Positions 44,565-55,243 are shown, numbered from the stretch's first letter. The stretch is DNA of 64,000 nt from Alphaproteobacteria bacterium (GCA_021776025.1 JAJFGR010000011.1:2631-66630), one strand, 5' to 3'. Numbers and translations are program-made. The notes: generated by a model not told the origin, from the sequence alone.

Positions 44565-45821
44565 ATGAACTTACAAGAATTAAAAACCCGCTCCCCGGCA
44601 GAATTGTTGGCTTTTGCGGAAGAATTGGAAATCGAAAACTGCAATACCATGCGCAAGCAGGATATGATGTTTGCGATTTTGAAGCAGCTCGCAAATCAGG
44701 GAACGCCGATATCGGGCGCTGGTGTATTGGAAGTGCTGCAAGATGGTTTTGGCTTCCTGCGCTCCCCGGAGGAAAATTACCTTCCTGGACCAGATGATAT
44801 TTACGTTTCCCCTTCACAAATACGTCGTTTTGGTTTGAGAACAGGCGATACGCTTGAGGGTGAAATTCGCGCGCCGAAGGATTCAGAGCGTTATTTTGCG
44901 CTGCTTAAGGTTGGGTCTATTAATAATGAAACGCCCGATAAGCTTCGCCATAGGATTAATTTCGACAATTTGACGCCGCTCTATCCAGACCGTAAAATTA
45001 CGCTCGAGCTTGAAGACCCAACGAAGAAAGATAATGTCCAGCGCGTTATTGAGTTGACCTCACCAATTGGTTTTGGCCAGCGTGCGTTGATTGTAGCGCC
45101 GCCGCGTACAGGTAAAACTGTGATGCTCCAGAATATTGCAACTTCGATTGCTGAAAATCACCCGGATGCGTATTTGATCGTACTTTTGATTGATGAGCGC
45201 CCGGAAGAGGTGACCGACATGGCGCGCTCTGTGCGCGGCGAGGTTGTTTCTTCTACATTTGATGAGCCGGCCTCACGGCACGTACAGGTCGCGGAAATGG
45301 TGATGGAAAAGGCTAAACGTTTAACAGAGCATAAGCGCGATGTGGTGATTTTGCTCGATTCTATTACGCGTCTTGCTCGTGCGTACAACACAGTTGTGCC
45401 ATCTTCTGGTAAGGTTTTAACAGGCGGTGTGGATGCGAACGCTCTGCAACGCCCTAAGCGTTTCTTTGGTGCGGCTCGTAATATTGAACAAGGCGGATCG
45501 CTGACGATTATCGCGACAGCGCTGATTGATACTGGTTCACGGATGGATGAAGTGATCTTTGAGGAATTCAAAGGTACTGGTAACTCTGAGATTGTTCTGG
45601 ATCGTAAAATCTCTGATAAGCGCGTCTTCCCATCGATTGATATTCAGAAATCCGGTACACGGAAAGAAGAATTGCTCGTTGATAAAGATACCTTGCAGAA
45701 AATGTGGGTCTTGCGCCGCATTCTTAATCCAATGGGGACCGTCGACGCCGTTGAATTCCTGCTTGGCAAGATGAAGCAAACGAAGAACAATGATGAGTTC
45801 TTCAATTCAATGAATCAGTAG
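44565..45821 (+). CDS. rho: transcription termination factor Rho
   Basis: 418 aa. Carries [21 protein letters not shown], Walker A PPRTGKT and LIDERPEEV. Confidence 0.95.
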   Translation: MNLQELKTRSPAELLAFAEELEIENCNTMRKQDMMFAILKQLANQGTPISGAGVLEVLQDGFGFLRSPEENYLPGPDDIYVSPSQIRRFGLRTGDTLEGEIRAPKDSERYFALLKVGSINNETPDKLRHRINFDNLTPLYPDRKITLELEDPTKKDNVQRVIELTSPIGFGQRALIVAPPRTGKTVMLQNIATSIAENHPDAYLIVLLIDERPEEVTDMARSVRGEVVSSTFDEPASRHVQVAEMVMEKAKRLTEHKRDVVILLDSITRLARAYNTVVPSSGKVLTGGVDANALQRPKRFFGAARNIEQGGSLTIIATALIDTGSRMDEVIFEEFKGTGNSEIVLDRKISDKRVFPSIDIQKSGTRKEELLVDKDTLQKMWVLRRILNPMGTVDAVEFLLGKMKQTKNNDEFFNSMNQ

Positions 45822-45845
45822 AAATTCACGGGTAAGCTGGTGGCT

Positions 45846-46262
45846 CTATTTCTTTTTTTCTGAATCTTCTTTTAGCGTGCGCACGGTATAGGCGACAAAA
45901 TCACGCTGAGAAAGCATGCCGATAAGGTTTCCATCATGGTCGACGACAGGTATATGGCGAAAACGGCCATGATCCATGCGGCCCATACAAAGAATCGCTG
46001 AATCATGCTCGGTCGCTGTTTCTATGTTTTGGGACATAACTTCGGAAATTGGAGTGCTTTCAACATCACGCCCCTGTCCGACAACGCGCGCTAGCAAGTC
46101 ACGTTCTGTAAAAATTCCGACTAATTTATCTTTTTCAGTCACAGCAATTGCGCCGCATTGCCTGTATGTCATGGAGACGACGGCATCATAAATGGTGTCG
46201 GATGGCGCGCATGTTAAAACTTTTGTTCTATTTTTGAATTCTGGTATATCGGCAATTTTCAT
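45846..46262 (-). CDS. CBS domain pair protein
   Basis: 138 aa. Two CBS repeats are present (VTEKDKLVGIFTERDL; VVDHDGNLIGMLSQRDF). Confidence 0.8.
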   Translation of the reverse strand: MKIADIPEFKNRTKVLTCAPSDTIYDAVVSMTYRQCGAIAVTEKDKLVGIFTERDLLARVVGQGRDVESTPISEVMSQNIETATEHDSAILCMGRMDHGRFRHIPVVDHDGNLIGMLSQRDFVAYTVRTLKEDSEKKK

Positions 46263-46597
46263 GGTTTTCGTTCCTTTTGGGGCATGGCATTGTTGTGTGT
46301 AGATAAGCCTATAATTTCATATAGCTTTATATACAGCATAATGATTATTTCATGAAAAACAGGTAAGCATACAAACGTATTTAAAGGAAAAGCATCTAAA
46401 ATTTCATCTAAATACTTTCCTTAATCTATTGAAATACAAACCAAAATCGAAACGAAAGTATTTGCCATAATGTAGTTTTTGTGGTGAGATGAAATTATAA
46501 GCAATGGCCTATCTCAAAGGTTATAAAAAATAAAAACGGGTTCGCATCTAAGCTATATAAAAAAATAAAACAGTGCGTAAGACTTAGGTGGGTAACA

Positions 46598-47095
46598 ATG
46601 AAAACTTTTAAGTATTCCAATAAATGGAAGACCAATCCGCGGGTTGCTTATCTGCCCGGCGTTGTATTGGTCTCTTTTGTTTTTATACTTTGCGTTGTGG
46701 CTCACCCGGCTTGGTCGTTTGAGAGCGTTGATCATAGCGCTCAGCCATACGCAGAGAAACAAGCTTTAACTTCTACACATCCCTCTTCCCCGACCGTGGT
46801 GGATCCATGCCTTCCCCTGCTCAAATCCATCCATCATGCCTCCTCAACATCCTCCATGGATCGGAACCAGCGCTCGGCTGGAAAAGCAGCAGCAATTGGC
46901 TTGGTACTTGGTGTGCGTTTCGCCCTCTCGCCACCAAAGAAAACCAAGTCATATGCTGATAGACCGCGCCTAGACCTCTGGCAACCTGCTGGTGTAATTG
47001 GCGGTGACCGCTCTGCTCTCGCGGTTAGCGCCTATCGCCAATGCCAGAAAGAACAGGCGCTTAAGGCTATCAGCGATTTTCGTTGGGCTCGTTAA
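46598..47095 (+). CDS. hypothetical secreted or membrane-anchored protein
   Basis: 165 aa with an N-terminal hydrophobic segment (VVLVSFVFILCVVAHPAWS). No recognisable domain. Confidence 0.4.
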   Translation: MKTFKYSNKWKTNPRVAYLPGVVLVSFVFILCVVAHPAWSFESVDHSAQPYAEKQALTSTHPSSPTVVDPCLPLLKSIHHASSTSSMDRNQRSAGKAAAIGLVLGVRFALSPPKKTKSYADRPRLDLWQPAGVIGGDRSALAVSAYRQCQKEQALKAISDFRWAR

Positions 47096-47237
47096 TGCCT
47101 CTCTTTCCAGCGGTTCACGCCCTGGAAGGCCTAGCGAAATATAAGTTTGCTGTAAATTAAGACTGTCCCTCGCGTCGCTGGTCGTCTCTAAAAACCCCCA
47201 CACGGTTTTTGAGACGGCCGCTTCTCGTTTTGGGTCT

Positions 47238-48782
47238 TTATTTTTTAGTAAACAGGGTTTCCAGAGATTTTTGCATCGCGCTTTTAATATAGATTTTGGC
47301 AACGATATATCCTATTCCCAGCGCTGCTAGGACAGACAGCGCATCGACTCTGAGTGCAATATTTGCATTGGGTAACCCAGGCGCTATTAGGGCCTTCCCG
47401 GCGAGGAAATAGCCTGCGGCGATGAGTCCAGAGATCAGCAGTCCTATGGCAATTCCTATTTGCCGCGGCTTTTTGCCAATCAGGCTCAGCGCTTTTCCAG
47501 CCATGATGACCAGCTTTTTAGCGCTGTCTTCTGATAAACCGATCGGGTTTTTTTCTATGACAGCGTTTAAGGCTTTTTTCGGGCCAAGCTTAGAGGTTGC
47601 GAGGATTAGATGACGCAGCGTTCTGTAGCGCCCAGCTGTTTGGATGAGCGTAGCGATGTCTCCTTGGCCCAGTGCGGCGCGTTTTAAAGCCTTAATGCCG
47701 GGGCTCATAATTTTCTCTAGGAATGAGGGCATATCATAAAGTTGCCCCTGTGTACCGAAGAGGAAAGCTGGAACGGCCAGTTTTTCTTTCAGCATAAACT
47801 CGACCTGCGCCATGGGGACTTTGATATGATAAGGAATGGAAATATCGTCGCGTTCTTCTTCCAGTTCTTTATGCCGGTGAATCACTTGTATATCGCTGTG
47901 GTGCTGGATATCTGAGCCTAGGAGATCCAGCTTATCTAAGGGTTGCTGTGGAATGTTGCCACGATCAAAACTATAATTGGCGATCGGGTTTATTTCCGCC
48001 ATACCGATTACTGAATTCCAAGCATGACCGTTACATTGTTTGCACATCACTGTCCCTGCAGCTTTGCAGATAGAGCAGTGAATTTCTCTTTTTTCATGAC
48101 ATTGGGTGCACCCTACCCGGCCAGAGCCATTACAACGCTGGCATTGCTGGTTCTGATTATTTGGCCCTTGAATGTATTGCCGCCCGCTACAGGTTGGGCA
48201 GACTTCAGTGCCACGGGCTTGACAGCGTGGGCATGGTTCTTCGCCTTTGCCATGACAACGTGCACAATTGATCTTTCCTTTAGCCGCGCAAGGTTTACAG
48301 GGCTCATGGGCAACGAAATCTTTATGCAGGAATGGAAGTTTGATCAGGATGTTTTGCAGGCATAGGCCTTTATCAGGGCGCTCTAAAACAGCTTTGCACA
48401 TGCGCTCAACGACGTCGAGGCTATGCGCGATTTTGTGGGCTTCCTTATTGACAGCTTCTTGAAACATGCCGGAATTTTGCAGCAGTATTGGTCCGGTAAT
48501 CTTGCCGGCCTGATGTTTAATGGCGAGTTTTGTATCGAGGGTTAGTTCGGTGAGGGCGAGGAATTCAAGCGTTTCGCCTTCAAATTTTGTGATGTTTACA
48601 TCTTCAGCTTTGATGCCATTGCCTTTTACGGCTTCGACCATTTGTTTAAGGGCGATGGGTTTAAGCTCAGGATCTATCTCAGAATGGTAGACCTGCGGGC
48701 CTGTGTTGCCAGAGGCGCCTTGTGCATCGGGCGCTTCTGTCTCGGGTGGTTGATCAGGATATGGTGGTGGCTCTTCGCTCAA
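47238..48782 (-). CDS. membrane-anchored protein with a DnaJ-like multi-CxxC zinc-finger array
   Basis: 514 aa. The central CKPCAAKGKINCARCHGKGEEPCPRCQARGTEVCPTCSGR…CQRCNGSGRVGCTQCHEKREIHCSICKAAGTVMCKQCNGH contains ten CxxC pairs. Two TM helices lie at the C-terminus. Confidence 0.6.
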   Translation of the reverse strand: MSEEPPPYPDQPPETEAPDAQGASGNTGPQVYHSEIDPELKPIALKQMVEAVKGNGIKAEDVNITKFEGETLEFLALTELTLDTKLAIKHQAGKITGPILLQNSGMFQEAVNKEAHKIAHSLDVVERMCKAVLERPDKGLCLQNILIKLPFLHKDFVAHEPCKPCAAKGKINCARCHGKGEEPCPRCQARGTEVCPTCSGRQYIQGPNNQNQQCQRCNGSGRVGCTQCHEKREIHCSICKAAGTVMCKQCNGHAWNSVIGMAEINPIANYSFDRGNIPQQPLDKLDLLGSDIQHHSDIQVIHRHKELEEERDDISIPYHIKVPMAQVEFMLKEKLAVPAFLFGTQGQLYDMPSFLEKIMSPGIKALKRAALGQGDIATLIQTAGRYRTLRHLILATSKLGPKKALNAVIEKNPIGLSEDSAKKLVIMAGKALSLIGKKPRQIGIAIGLLISGLIAAGYFLAGKALIAPGLPNANIALRVDALSVLAALGIGYIVAKIYIKSAMQKSLETLFTKK

Positions 48783-48871
48783 AATAAATGTCCTTTATGT
48801 AGCCTTTATGCTAGAAACTGCGGTTATTACAGCACGAAAGACAGCGTAAGATCAATGAAAGCGCAAGCAAT

Positions 48872-50209
48872 ATGAGTGATACGATTTATGCATTGGCGAG
48901 TGGAATGGGTCGCGCGGGGGTTGCCGTGGTGCGGGTTTCTGGGCCGGGAAGCTGGGAGAGCTTGGAAGCGTTAACCAGTAAAAAAGGCTTTGAACCACGT
49001 TTGGCGCAGCTGGTGACGCTTTCGCATCCTGATTCACGTGAAACGCTTGATCAAACTCTGGTGCTGCCGTTTAAAGGGCCTGCCAGTTACACCGGTGAAG
49101 ATGTGGTGGAATATCATCTGCATGGCGGGCGGGCGGTGATAGATGCTGTCATAGGCGCGCTGTCTGCGCAAAAAAATCACCGTATGGCGGAGCCGGGAGA
49201 GTTTACCCGCCGGGCTTTTGAAAACGGCAAGATGGATTTGACCGCCGCAGAAGCTGTAGCGGATTTAATTGATGCGGAAACGCAGGCGCAGAAAATTCAA
49301 GCGCTCTCGCAAATGGATGGAGCGCTTTCAAATCTTTATGAAGGATGGGTCGATAGTCTGACCAACAGCCTCGCGCATCTGGAAGCGGATATTGAATTTC
49401 CTGATGAAGATTTGCCTGAAGGGATTGCGCCGGAGGTGACTGATACAATTCAAAAGCTGATAGTTGAAATTGATGAGCATCTCAATGATAACCGTCGCGG
49501 AGAGCGGCTGCGCGACGGGATTCAGGTTGTGGTTATTGGCGCCCCAAACGCCGGAAAATCTAGTCTTGTCAATGCGTTAGCTCAGCGTGACGTGGCGATT
49601 ATTTCTGATATGGCCGGAACAACGCGCGATGTGATTGAAGTGCATCTGGATCTTGGTGGGTACCCGGTTGTGTTGGCGGATACGGCCGGCCTCCGCCCTG
49701 ACCAGATTGGAGGCGAAGGGCAAGAGCAAATAGAATCCGAAGGAATTCGCCGCGCGCTGCAAAGAGGAGAAGAGGCTGATATTGCTTTGCTCGTTTTTGA
49801 TGCGAGCGAAGAAGTTCCCGATCCGCATACACTCAATCTGATTGATGAGCGCTCTATTTTGGTTGCTAATAAAATGGATGATTTGTTTTCGGATAATATC
49901 ATGGCGGGCGCGATAGGAATTTCCGTGACGAAGAATATTGGCTTGCCGGACTTGCTCAAAGTTCTAGAAGACAAAATTAAAGTTCTGATGGATAGTGCAC
50001 GTGAGGTTCCATCGCTTACACGTCAGCGACACCGGAGCCATGTTGAAGAAGGGTTGGAAGCTTTAGCCCGTTCACAAAAAGCGGACTTGCCTGAGCTGAT
50101 GGCTGAGGATTTACGGCTGAGCATCCGCGCTTTGGGCCGCATAACAGGCCGCATTGATGTTGAGGATCTCCTCGATGTGATTTTCAAAGATTTTTGTATC
50201 GGGAAATAG
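48872..50209 (+). CDS. mnmE: tRNA modification GTPase MnmE
   Basis: 445 aa. Carries IYALASGMGRAGVAVVRVSG, GAPNAGKSSL, DTAG and the C-terminal FCIGK. Confidence 0.95.
   Translation: MSDTIYALASGMGRAGVAVVRVSGPGSWESLEALTSKKGFEPRLAQLVTLSHPDSRETLDQTLVLPFKGPASYTGEDVVEYHLHGGRAVIDAVIGALSAQKNHRMAEPGEFTRRAFENGKMDLTAAEAVADLIDAETQAQKIQALSQMDGALSNLYEGWVDSLTNSLAHLEADIEFPDEDLPEGIAPEVTDTIQKLIVEIDEHLNDNRRGERLRDGIQVVVIGAPNAGKSSLVNALAQRDVAIISDMAGTTRDVIEVHLDLGGYPVVLADTAGLRPDQIGGEGQEQIESEGIRRALQRGEEADIALLVFDASEEVPDPHTLNLIDERSILVANKMDDLFSDNIMAGAIGISVTKNIGLPDLLKVLEDKIKVLMDSAREVPSLTRQRHRSHVEEGLEALARSQKADLPELMAEDLRLSIRALGRITGRIDVEDLLDVIFKDFCIGK
49030..49045. other. parS-like site (14/16 match to TGTTTCACGTGAAACA)
   Basis: TGATTCACGTGAAACG, inside mnmE. 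It encodes D-S-R-E in frame. Confidence 0.5.
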
Positions 50210-50211
50210 TG

Positions 50212-50634
50212 CTATTCAGCAGCCATCGCCGGAGTCTCAAATCCCTCATCTTTTAGCCGCTGCGTTACGGTTTTTTTAATAGCTTCAAAATCAGGCTCGA
50301 GCGGCTTGTCCCCTTCTGTGCGGGGCTTGGTCGCTAATTCTTTAAAAAGTTTCCATGATTCAGCGACGTAGCTTCTGTCTCCCACAACAAGTGGCAATGC
50401 TCTGCTGAGAAAATACAACATCAGAGGTTGGTGCGCTTTTAAATGGAATGTCTCCGAGAGGTGCTCTTGTTGAGATAGGCCATCTCCCTCATAAGGGTTT
50501 CCACCATATATTTGATCAAAGGTGTTTTTTTTAGGTTGAGCATTGAGTTGTTGAGCATCGAATTCATTTTTAAGCGCCTCAGCAACGTCTGCAACGTTTT
50601 CCGCTTTTATTTTATCAGGGTATTTAAATGACAT
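50212..50634 (-). CDS. hypothetical protein
   Basis: 140 aa, soluble, wedged between mnmE and mnmG on the opposite strand. No recognisable motif. Confidence 0.45.
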   Translation of the reverse strand: MSFKYPDKIKAENVADVAEALKNEFDAQQLNAQPKKNTFDQIYGGNPYEGDGLSQQEHLSETFHLKAHQPLMLYFLSRALPLVVGDRSYVAESWKLFKELATKPRTEGDKPLEPDFEAIKKTVTQRLKDEGFETPAMAAE

Positions 50635-50765
50635 TTTTGTGGGGCCTCTACGACCAATAAAAGCTTAATGTTTATTAAAAGTCGTTTTTCAAATTAAGTG
50701 CAAGTAGTATTTACAGAAAAATTTAAAACTGTATTTTTTGGAATAAAAAATGTATAAACGCCGCC

Positions 50766-52694
50766 ATGGAACAAGAATTTGACGTCATTGTTGTTGGTGG
50801 GGGACACGCTGGTTGTGAAGCGGCGGCGGCGTCTGCGCGCATGGGTGCGAATACAGCGCTGCTAACGCATAAGCTTGATACCATTGGCGTGATGTCGTGT
50901 AACCCGGCGATTGGCGGTTTGGGCAAGGGGCATCTGGTGCGCGAGATTGATGCGCTGGATGGGTTGATGGGCCGGATTATTGATCAGGCCGGGATTCAGT
51001 TTCGGATGCTTAATGCATCAAAAGGCCCTGCAGTGCGTGGGCCGCGTGCGCAGGCGGATCGGAAGCTTTACCGAGAATCCATGCAGGTCGAGCTTAAGGA
51101 TTATCCAAATCTGACACTCGTTGAAGGCGCGGCGGATGATCTCATTTTTAATGATGATGAGGTGGCCGGCCTTAAAACGTTCGACGGGCGGGAGCTGAAA
51201 TGTAGATGCGTTGTGCTTACTGCCGGGACATTTCTGCGTGGGATGATTCACCGGGGTGAAGAACAAATTCCGGCGGGGCGTGTTAAAGAAACCGGCGGGG
51301 TTGAGGCTCCGTCAATTGGTTTGGCCGAAACGCTGGAGCGTTTGGGCTTTCCACTAGCGCGCTTGAAAACCGGCACCCCTGCTCGGCTTGATGGGCGCAC
51401 AATTGATTGGGAAGCGACCGAAGAGCAGGCCGGTGATGCTGTGCCAATCCCATTTTCATATTTAAATCAAAAGGTTAGCGTTCCGCAGATTAATTGCCAC
51501 ATTACTTATACGAACGAAAAGACGCATAAAATTATTGCCGATAACATTCATAGGAGCGCGATGTATTCCGGGAATATCTCTGGCGTGGGGCCGCGCTATT
51601 GCCCGTCTATTGAAGATAAAATAAGCCGCTTTGCTGATAAGCCGCGCCACCAGATTTTTCTGGAGCCGGAGGGGCTCGATGATCACACCGTTTATCCGAA
51701 CGGTATTTCGACGTCTCTGCCGATTGAAATTCAAGATCAATATATCCGCACTATTGCGGGTCTTGAAAACGTGAAGGTGCTCGAATGGGGCTATGCGATT
51801 GAATATGATTATTGCGATCCGAGAGATCTTAAATATACGTTGGAAAGCAAGCGCGCGCCGGGGTTGTTTTTGGCTGGGCAGATTAACGGGACAACCGGAT
51901 ATGAAGAAGCGGGTGCCCAAGGATTAATGGCAGGGGTGAATGCGGCGCTACAGGCGCGAGAAAATGTTTCACGTGAAAACGCGGAGGTTTTTACGCTGGA
52001 TCGCGCGGATGCCTATATAGGGGTTTTGATTGATGATTTGATTACGCGCGGTGCGCCGGAGCCGTATCGGATGTTTACCAGCCGCGCGGAATATCGTCTC
52101 CGTTTGCGCGCCGATAATGCCGATCAGCGATTGACGGATAAGGGGATCGAGATTGGTTGCGTTGATGTTTCACGTGAAAACGCTTGGAAGGTAAAATCTG
52201 AAAAATTAGTGGCTGCGCGTGAAATGACTCAGTCTTTAAGTATGACGCCGAATGAATTGGAAGCGCATGGCATTGGCATTAATAAGGACGGCCAACGGCG
52301 CAATGTTTCTGACCTGCTGGCCTATCCTGATATTGATTGGGAGCAGGTACAAAATGTGTGGCTAGAGCTTGGGATAATTGAAGGGGCCGTTCGTGAACAA
52401 ATCGAATGTGATGCGCTTTATGCGAATTATATGGAGCGGCATGAGGCCGACATTGCGGCGTTCCGTAAAGATGAGGCTTTGGTGTTACCTGCGGCGCTTA
52501 ACTATGCTGATGTGGGGAGCCTGTCGAATGAAGTGCGGGCAAAATTTGAGTTAGTACGACCTACAACGCTAGGTGCGGCATCTCGTATTCCTGGCATAAC
52601 CCCGGCGGCCGTTGTTGCTTTGCTCCGGCATGTGAAGCGCAAAAATTCATCACAAAAATCTGGCCAGAAATCAAAAAAACGTCATGTGGCCTAA
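50766..52694 (+). CDS. mnmG: tRNA uridine 5-carboxymethylaminomethyl modification enzyme MnmG (GidA)
   Basis: 642 aa. Carries [15 protein letters not shown] and [11 protein letters not shown]. Confidence 0.95.
   Translation: MEQEFDVIVVGGGHAGCEAAAASARMGANTALLTHKLDTIGVMSCNPAIGGLGKGHLVREIDALDGLMGRIIDQAGIQFRMLNASKGPAVRGPRAQADRKLYRESMQVELKDYPNLTLVEGAADDLIFNDDEVAGLKTFDGRELKCRCVVLTAGTFLRGMIHRGEEQIPAGRVKETGGVEAPSIGLAETLERLGFPLARLKTGTPARLDGRTIDWEATEEQAGDAVPIPFSYLNQKVSVPQINCHITYTNEKTHKIIADNIHRSAMYSGNISGVGPRYCPSIEDKISRFADKPRHQIFLEPEGLDDHTVYPNGISTSLPIEIQDQYIRTIAGLENVKVLEWGYAIEYDYCDPRDLKYTLESKRAPGLFLAGQINGTTGYEEAGAQGLMAGVNAALQARENVSRENAEVFTLDRADAYIGVLIDDLITRGAPEPYRMFTSRAEYRLRLRADNADQRLTDKGIEIGCVDVSRENAWKVKSEKLVAAREMTQSLSMTPNELEAHGIGINKDGQRRNVSDLLAYPDIDWEQVQNVWLELGIIEGAVREQIECDALYANYMERHEADIAAFRKDEALVLPAALNYADVGSLSNEVRAKFELVRPTTLGAASRIPGITPAAVVALLRHVKRKNSSQKSGQKSKKRHVA
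51965..51980. other. parS-like site (14/16)
   Basis: TGTTTCACGTGAAAAC, inside mnmG. It encodes V-S-R-E. Confidence 0.55.
52166..52181. other. parS-like site (14/16)
   Basis: TGTTTCACGTGAAAAC, inside mnmG. It encodes V-S-R-E. Confidence 0.55.
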
Positions 52695-53316
52695 AGATCT
52701 TAACATTGACGTTTCACGTGAAACGCATGAGAAGTTAGAGCTCTATCACGCGCTTTTATTAAAGTGGCAAAAGGCGATTAATCTGGTTAGTTCCAAAACA
52801 ATCGATGAGGCTTGGGTGCGGCATTTTGCGGACTCGGTGCAGATTGACCGGCATATGCCATTCGATGTTTCACGTGAATCACGAATTGTTTTTGATTTAG
52901 GTAGCGGCGCTGGGTTTCCCGGATTGGTGCTGGCGATATTGCGACCGGACTTAAAAGTTCGCTTGATTGAATCGGATGAACGCAAGTGTCAGTTTTTGAA
53001 AACGGTTTCACGTGAAACAAATGTGGATGTAACGGTGCATAATTCGCGTATAGAAGATGTACAAAATGACATCTGTCCGGACCTCATCACAGCCCGGGCG
53101 CTGGCTGATTTAAAAACCTTATTAGAGTATATCGAGCCTTGGGCTTTGGCCTCCCCAAACTTACAATGTTTGTTCCTAAAGGGCGCTAAAGTAGAAGAGG
53201 AGCTTGAGGGCGCACGCAAATATTTCTTGTTTGATTGCGAGCAGTTTCCAAGCGTGACAGACCGTCAGGCACGCATTCTTCATTTGAGAAATATTACCCG
53301 CAAAAACGGTGCATAA
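52684..53316 (+). CDS. rsmG: 16S rRNA (guanine527-N7)-methyltransferase RsmG (GidB)
   Basis: 210 aa. Carries [15 protein letters not shown] and ITARALA. Overlaps mnmG by 11 nt. Confidence 0.9.
   Translation: MWPKDLNIDVSRETHEKLELYHALLLKWQKAINLVSSKTIDEAWVRHFADSVQIDRHMPFDVSRESRIVFDLGSGAGFPGLVLAILRPDLKVRLIESDERKCQFLKTVSRETNVDVTVHNSRIEDVQNDICPDLITARALADLKTLLEYIEPWALASPNLQCLFLKGAKVEEELEGARKYFLFDCEQFPSVTDRQARILHLRNITRKNGA
52710..52725. other. parS-like site (perfect 16-bp palindrome, 14/16 to consensus)
   Basis: CGTTTCACGTGAAACG, inside rsmG. It encodes V-S-R-E. Confidence 0.6.
52866..52881. other. parS-like site (15/16)
   Basis: TGTTTCACGTGAATCA, inside rsmG. It encodes V-S-R-E. Confidence 0.7.
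53004..53019. other. parS-like site (15/16)
   Basis: GGTTTCACGTGAAACA, inside rsmG. It encodes V-S-R-E. Confidence 0.7.
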
Positions 53317-53413
53317 AAGCTTCTCAAAGCCTTGCTATAGTTGAATCCAGCAGGGAATCGGGGCAATATGGTTTTATTCCAGTTCGCTCCATTCTTTCAG
53401 AGGGTTTATCGCC

Positions 53414-54253
53414 ATGAAAAGACTTCCTGCTGCTTCCGTGTCTCCGTCTTTCAAGACTCATGATTATCCGCGTTTGTTGGCTGTTGCCAATCAAAAGGGG
53501 GGTGTAGGTAAAACGACGACAGCGATCAATCTGGCCACAGCTCTTTCTGCGGTTGGGAAAAAGGTTTTGATTGTTGATCTGGATCCGCAAGGGAATGCTT
53601 CCACAGGTTTGGGAATTCGTCGCTCTGTTATTAAGACGAGTTCCTATGATGTGCTCTTTGGCGATGCGTCGGTAGAAGAGGCGGCGGTGAAAACGAAGGT
53701 GCCGCGTCTTTTTGTGGTGCCTTCTTCCATTCATTTGTCAGGTGCGGAGATTGAGCTGGTTACGGCGCATAATCGTGAATACCGCCTGAAGGAGGCTTTG
53801 TTTCGCCCCCTGCCCTATGACTATGTGATTTTGGATTGCCCGCCGTCTCTGAACCTGCTGACATTGAATGCGCTTGTGGCGGTTGATTCAGTGATTGTTC
53901 CGTTGCAGTGTGAGTTTTATGCACTGGAAGGTCTCAGCCATCTGACTAAAACGGTTGAGCGGGTACGCAAGCAGTTTAATCCTCGCTTGAACATTCAAGG
54001 CGTTGTGCTCACCATGTATGATCAGCGCAATAATCTGACGGCTATGGTGGAGCGTGATGTGCGGGCGTTTTTTGGCGACAAGGTTTATAAAACCGTTATT
54101 CCGCGCAACGTGCGTTTGTCTGAGGCGCCGTCTTATGGCTTGCCAGCGATTGTCTATGATATGAAATGCGCAGGTGCGCAGGCCTATATCCATCTGGCTA
54201 GCGAAGTGATAAAGCGTGAGCGCAAGATCAAAAAACAATTGCTTGCGGCGTAA
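53414..54253 (+). CDS. parA: chromosome partitioning ATPase ParA
   Basis: 279 aa. Carries the deviant Walker A ANQKGGVGKTTT and DLDPQGN. Confidence 0.95.
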   Translation: MKRLPAASVSPSFKTHDYPRLLAVANQKGGVGKTTTAINLATALSAVGKKVLIVDLDPQGNASTGLGIRRSVIKTSSYDVLFGDASVEEAAVKTKVPRLFVVPSSIHLSGAEIELVTAHNREYRLKEALFRPLPYDYVILDCPPSLNLLTLNALVAVDSVIVPLQCEFYALEGLSHLTKTVERVRKQFNPRLNIQGVVLTMYDQRNNLTAMVERDVRAFFGDKVYKTVIPRNVRLSEAPSYGLPAIVYDMKCAGAQAYIHLASEVIKRERKIKKQLLAA

Positions 54254-54264
54254 CCACCTTCTAT

Positions 54265-54280
54265 GGTTTCACGTGAAACA
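54265..54280. other. parS-like site (15/16) in the parA-parB intergenic spacer
   Basis: GGTTTCACGTGAAACA. It lies 11 nt after the parA stop and 26 nt before the parB ATG. Confidence 0.75.
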
Positions 54281-54306
54281 AGAAATTTGTAATAAGGAGC
54301 TTGATT

Positions 54307-55230
54307 ATGGAACCTCAAAAACGAGGATTGGGCCGCGGTTTAAACGCGCTATTTGAAGACGAAGAGGCTGACTTTTCGCAAGGCAACGTCGAATTGCCGG
54401 CGGAGGGGCGCAGGCGCGATTCGCTTGGTCTTGATCAATTAATTCCCGGACCGGGACAGCCACGGCGGATTTTCCACGATGCTGCACTAAGCGAGCTTGC
54501 CGATTCAATTAAGCAGCATGGGGTTTTGCAGCCACTTTTGGTGCGACAAGCCACTGATAATAAAGAAAAATATGAAATTATTGCCGGTGAGCGTCGTTGG
54601 CGGGCTGCACAAAAGGCGCAATTACATGAAGTACCTGTTATTGTTCTTGATATTACGGATGCACAGGCTTTTGAGATTGCGCTGATTGAAAACCTTCAGC
54701 GCGAAGATTTGGACCCAATTGATGAGGCTAATGGCTATCAACGGCTAATTGATGACCATGCGTATACGCAGGAAAAGCTTGCAGAGGGTTTGGGTAAAAG
54801 CCGTTCGCATATTGCGAATATGACGCGACTTTTGCACCTGCCGGACGCTGTGCAGGCTTTTTTAAGTGAAGGTAAGATTTCAATTGGACATGCGCGGGCA
54901 CTAATCACCGCTAATAACGCTGATGAGCTTGTTAAAGAGGTGATTTCTCAAAATCTCAGTGTGCGTGAAACAGAAAAATTAGTGGCTGATATGCAAGGAC
55001 GGCCGCAAAAAACGACTAAACGAGCGGCGAAAAGTGAGCCGAAAAAGGATGTTGATACTTTAGCCTTGGAAAAAGATCTTTCCGATAAAATTGGCATGCG
55101 GGTAAGCATTGATAGCCATGATGGAAAGAGTGGAAAATTGAGTGTGTCGTTTAAGTCACTTGATCAGCTCGATAGTTTGCTGCAAAAACTGGCGGCTGAT
55201 GATTCTCCTGCAGGGCGGCTGTCAGCCTAG
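54307..55230 (+). CDS. parB: chromosome partitioning protein ParB
   Basis: Start at the ATG at 54307, after AAGGAG (MEPQKRGLGRGLNAL). Carries GERRWRAA and an HTH region. Confidence 0.95.
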   Translation: MEPQKRGLGRGLNALFEDEEADFSQGNVELPAEGRRRDSLGLDQLIPGPGQPRRIFHDAALSELADSIKQHGVLQPLLVRQATDNKEKYEIIAGERRWRAAQKAQLHEVPVIVLDITDAQAFEIALIENLQREDLDPIDEANGYQRLIDDHAYTQEKLAEGLGKSRSHIANMTRLLHLPDAVQAFLSEGKISIGHARALITANNADELVKEVISQNLSVRETEKLVADMQGRPQKTTKRAAKSEPKKDVDTLALEKDLSDKIGMRVSIDSHDGKSGKLSVSFKSLDQLDSLLQKLAADDSPAGRLSA

Positions 55231-55243
55231 CTTATGCCTCGTT

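Noticed and set aside
54955-54976. parS half-sites, for example GTGCGTGAAACAG in parB. Similar half-sites occur at 24011, 29107 and 55801.
   Set aside because: Only one arm of the palindrome matches (8/16 or fewer on the other arm), so they are unlikely to be functional ParB sites.
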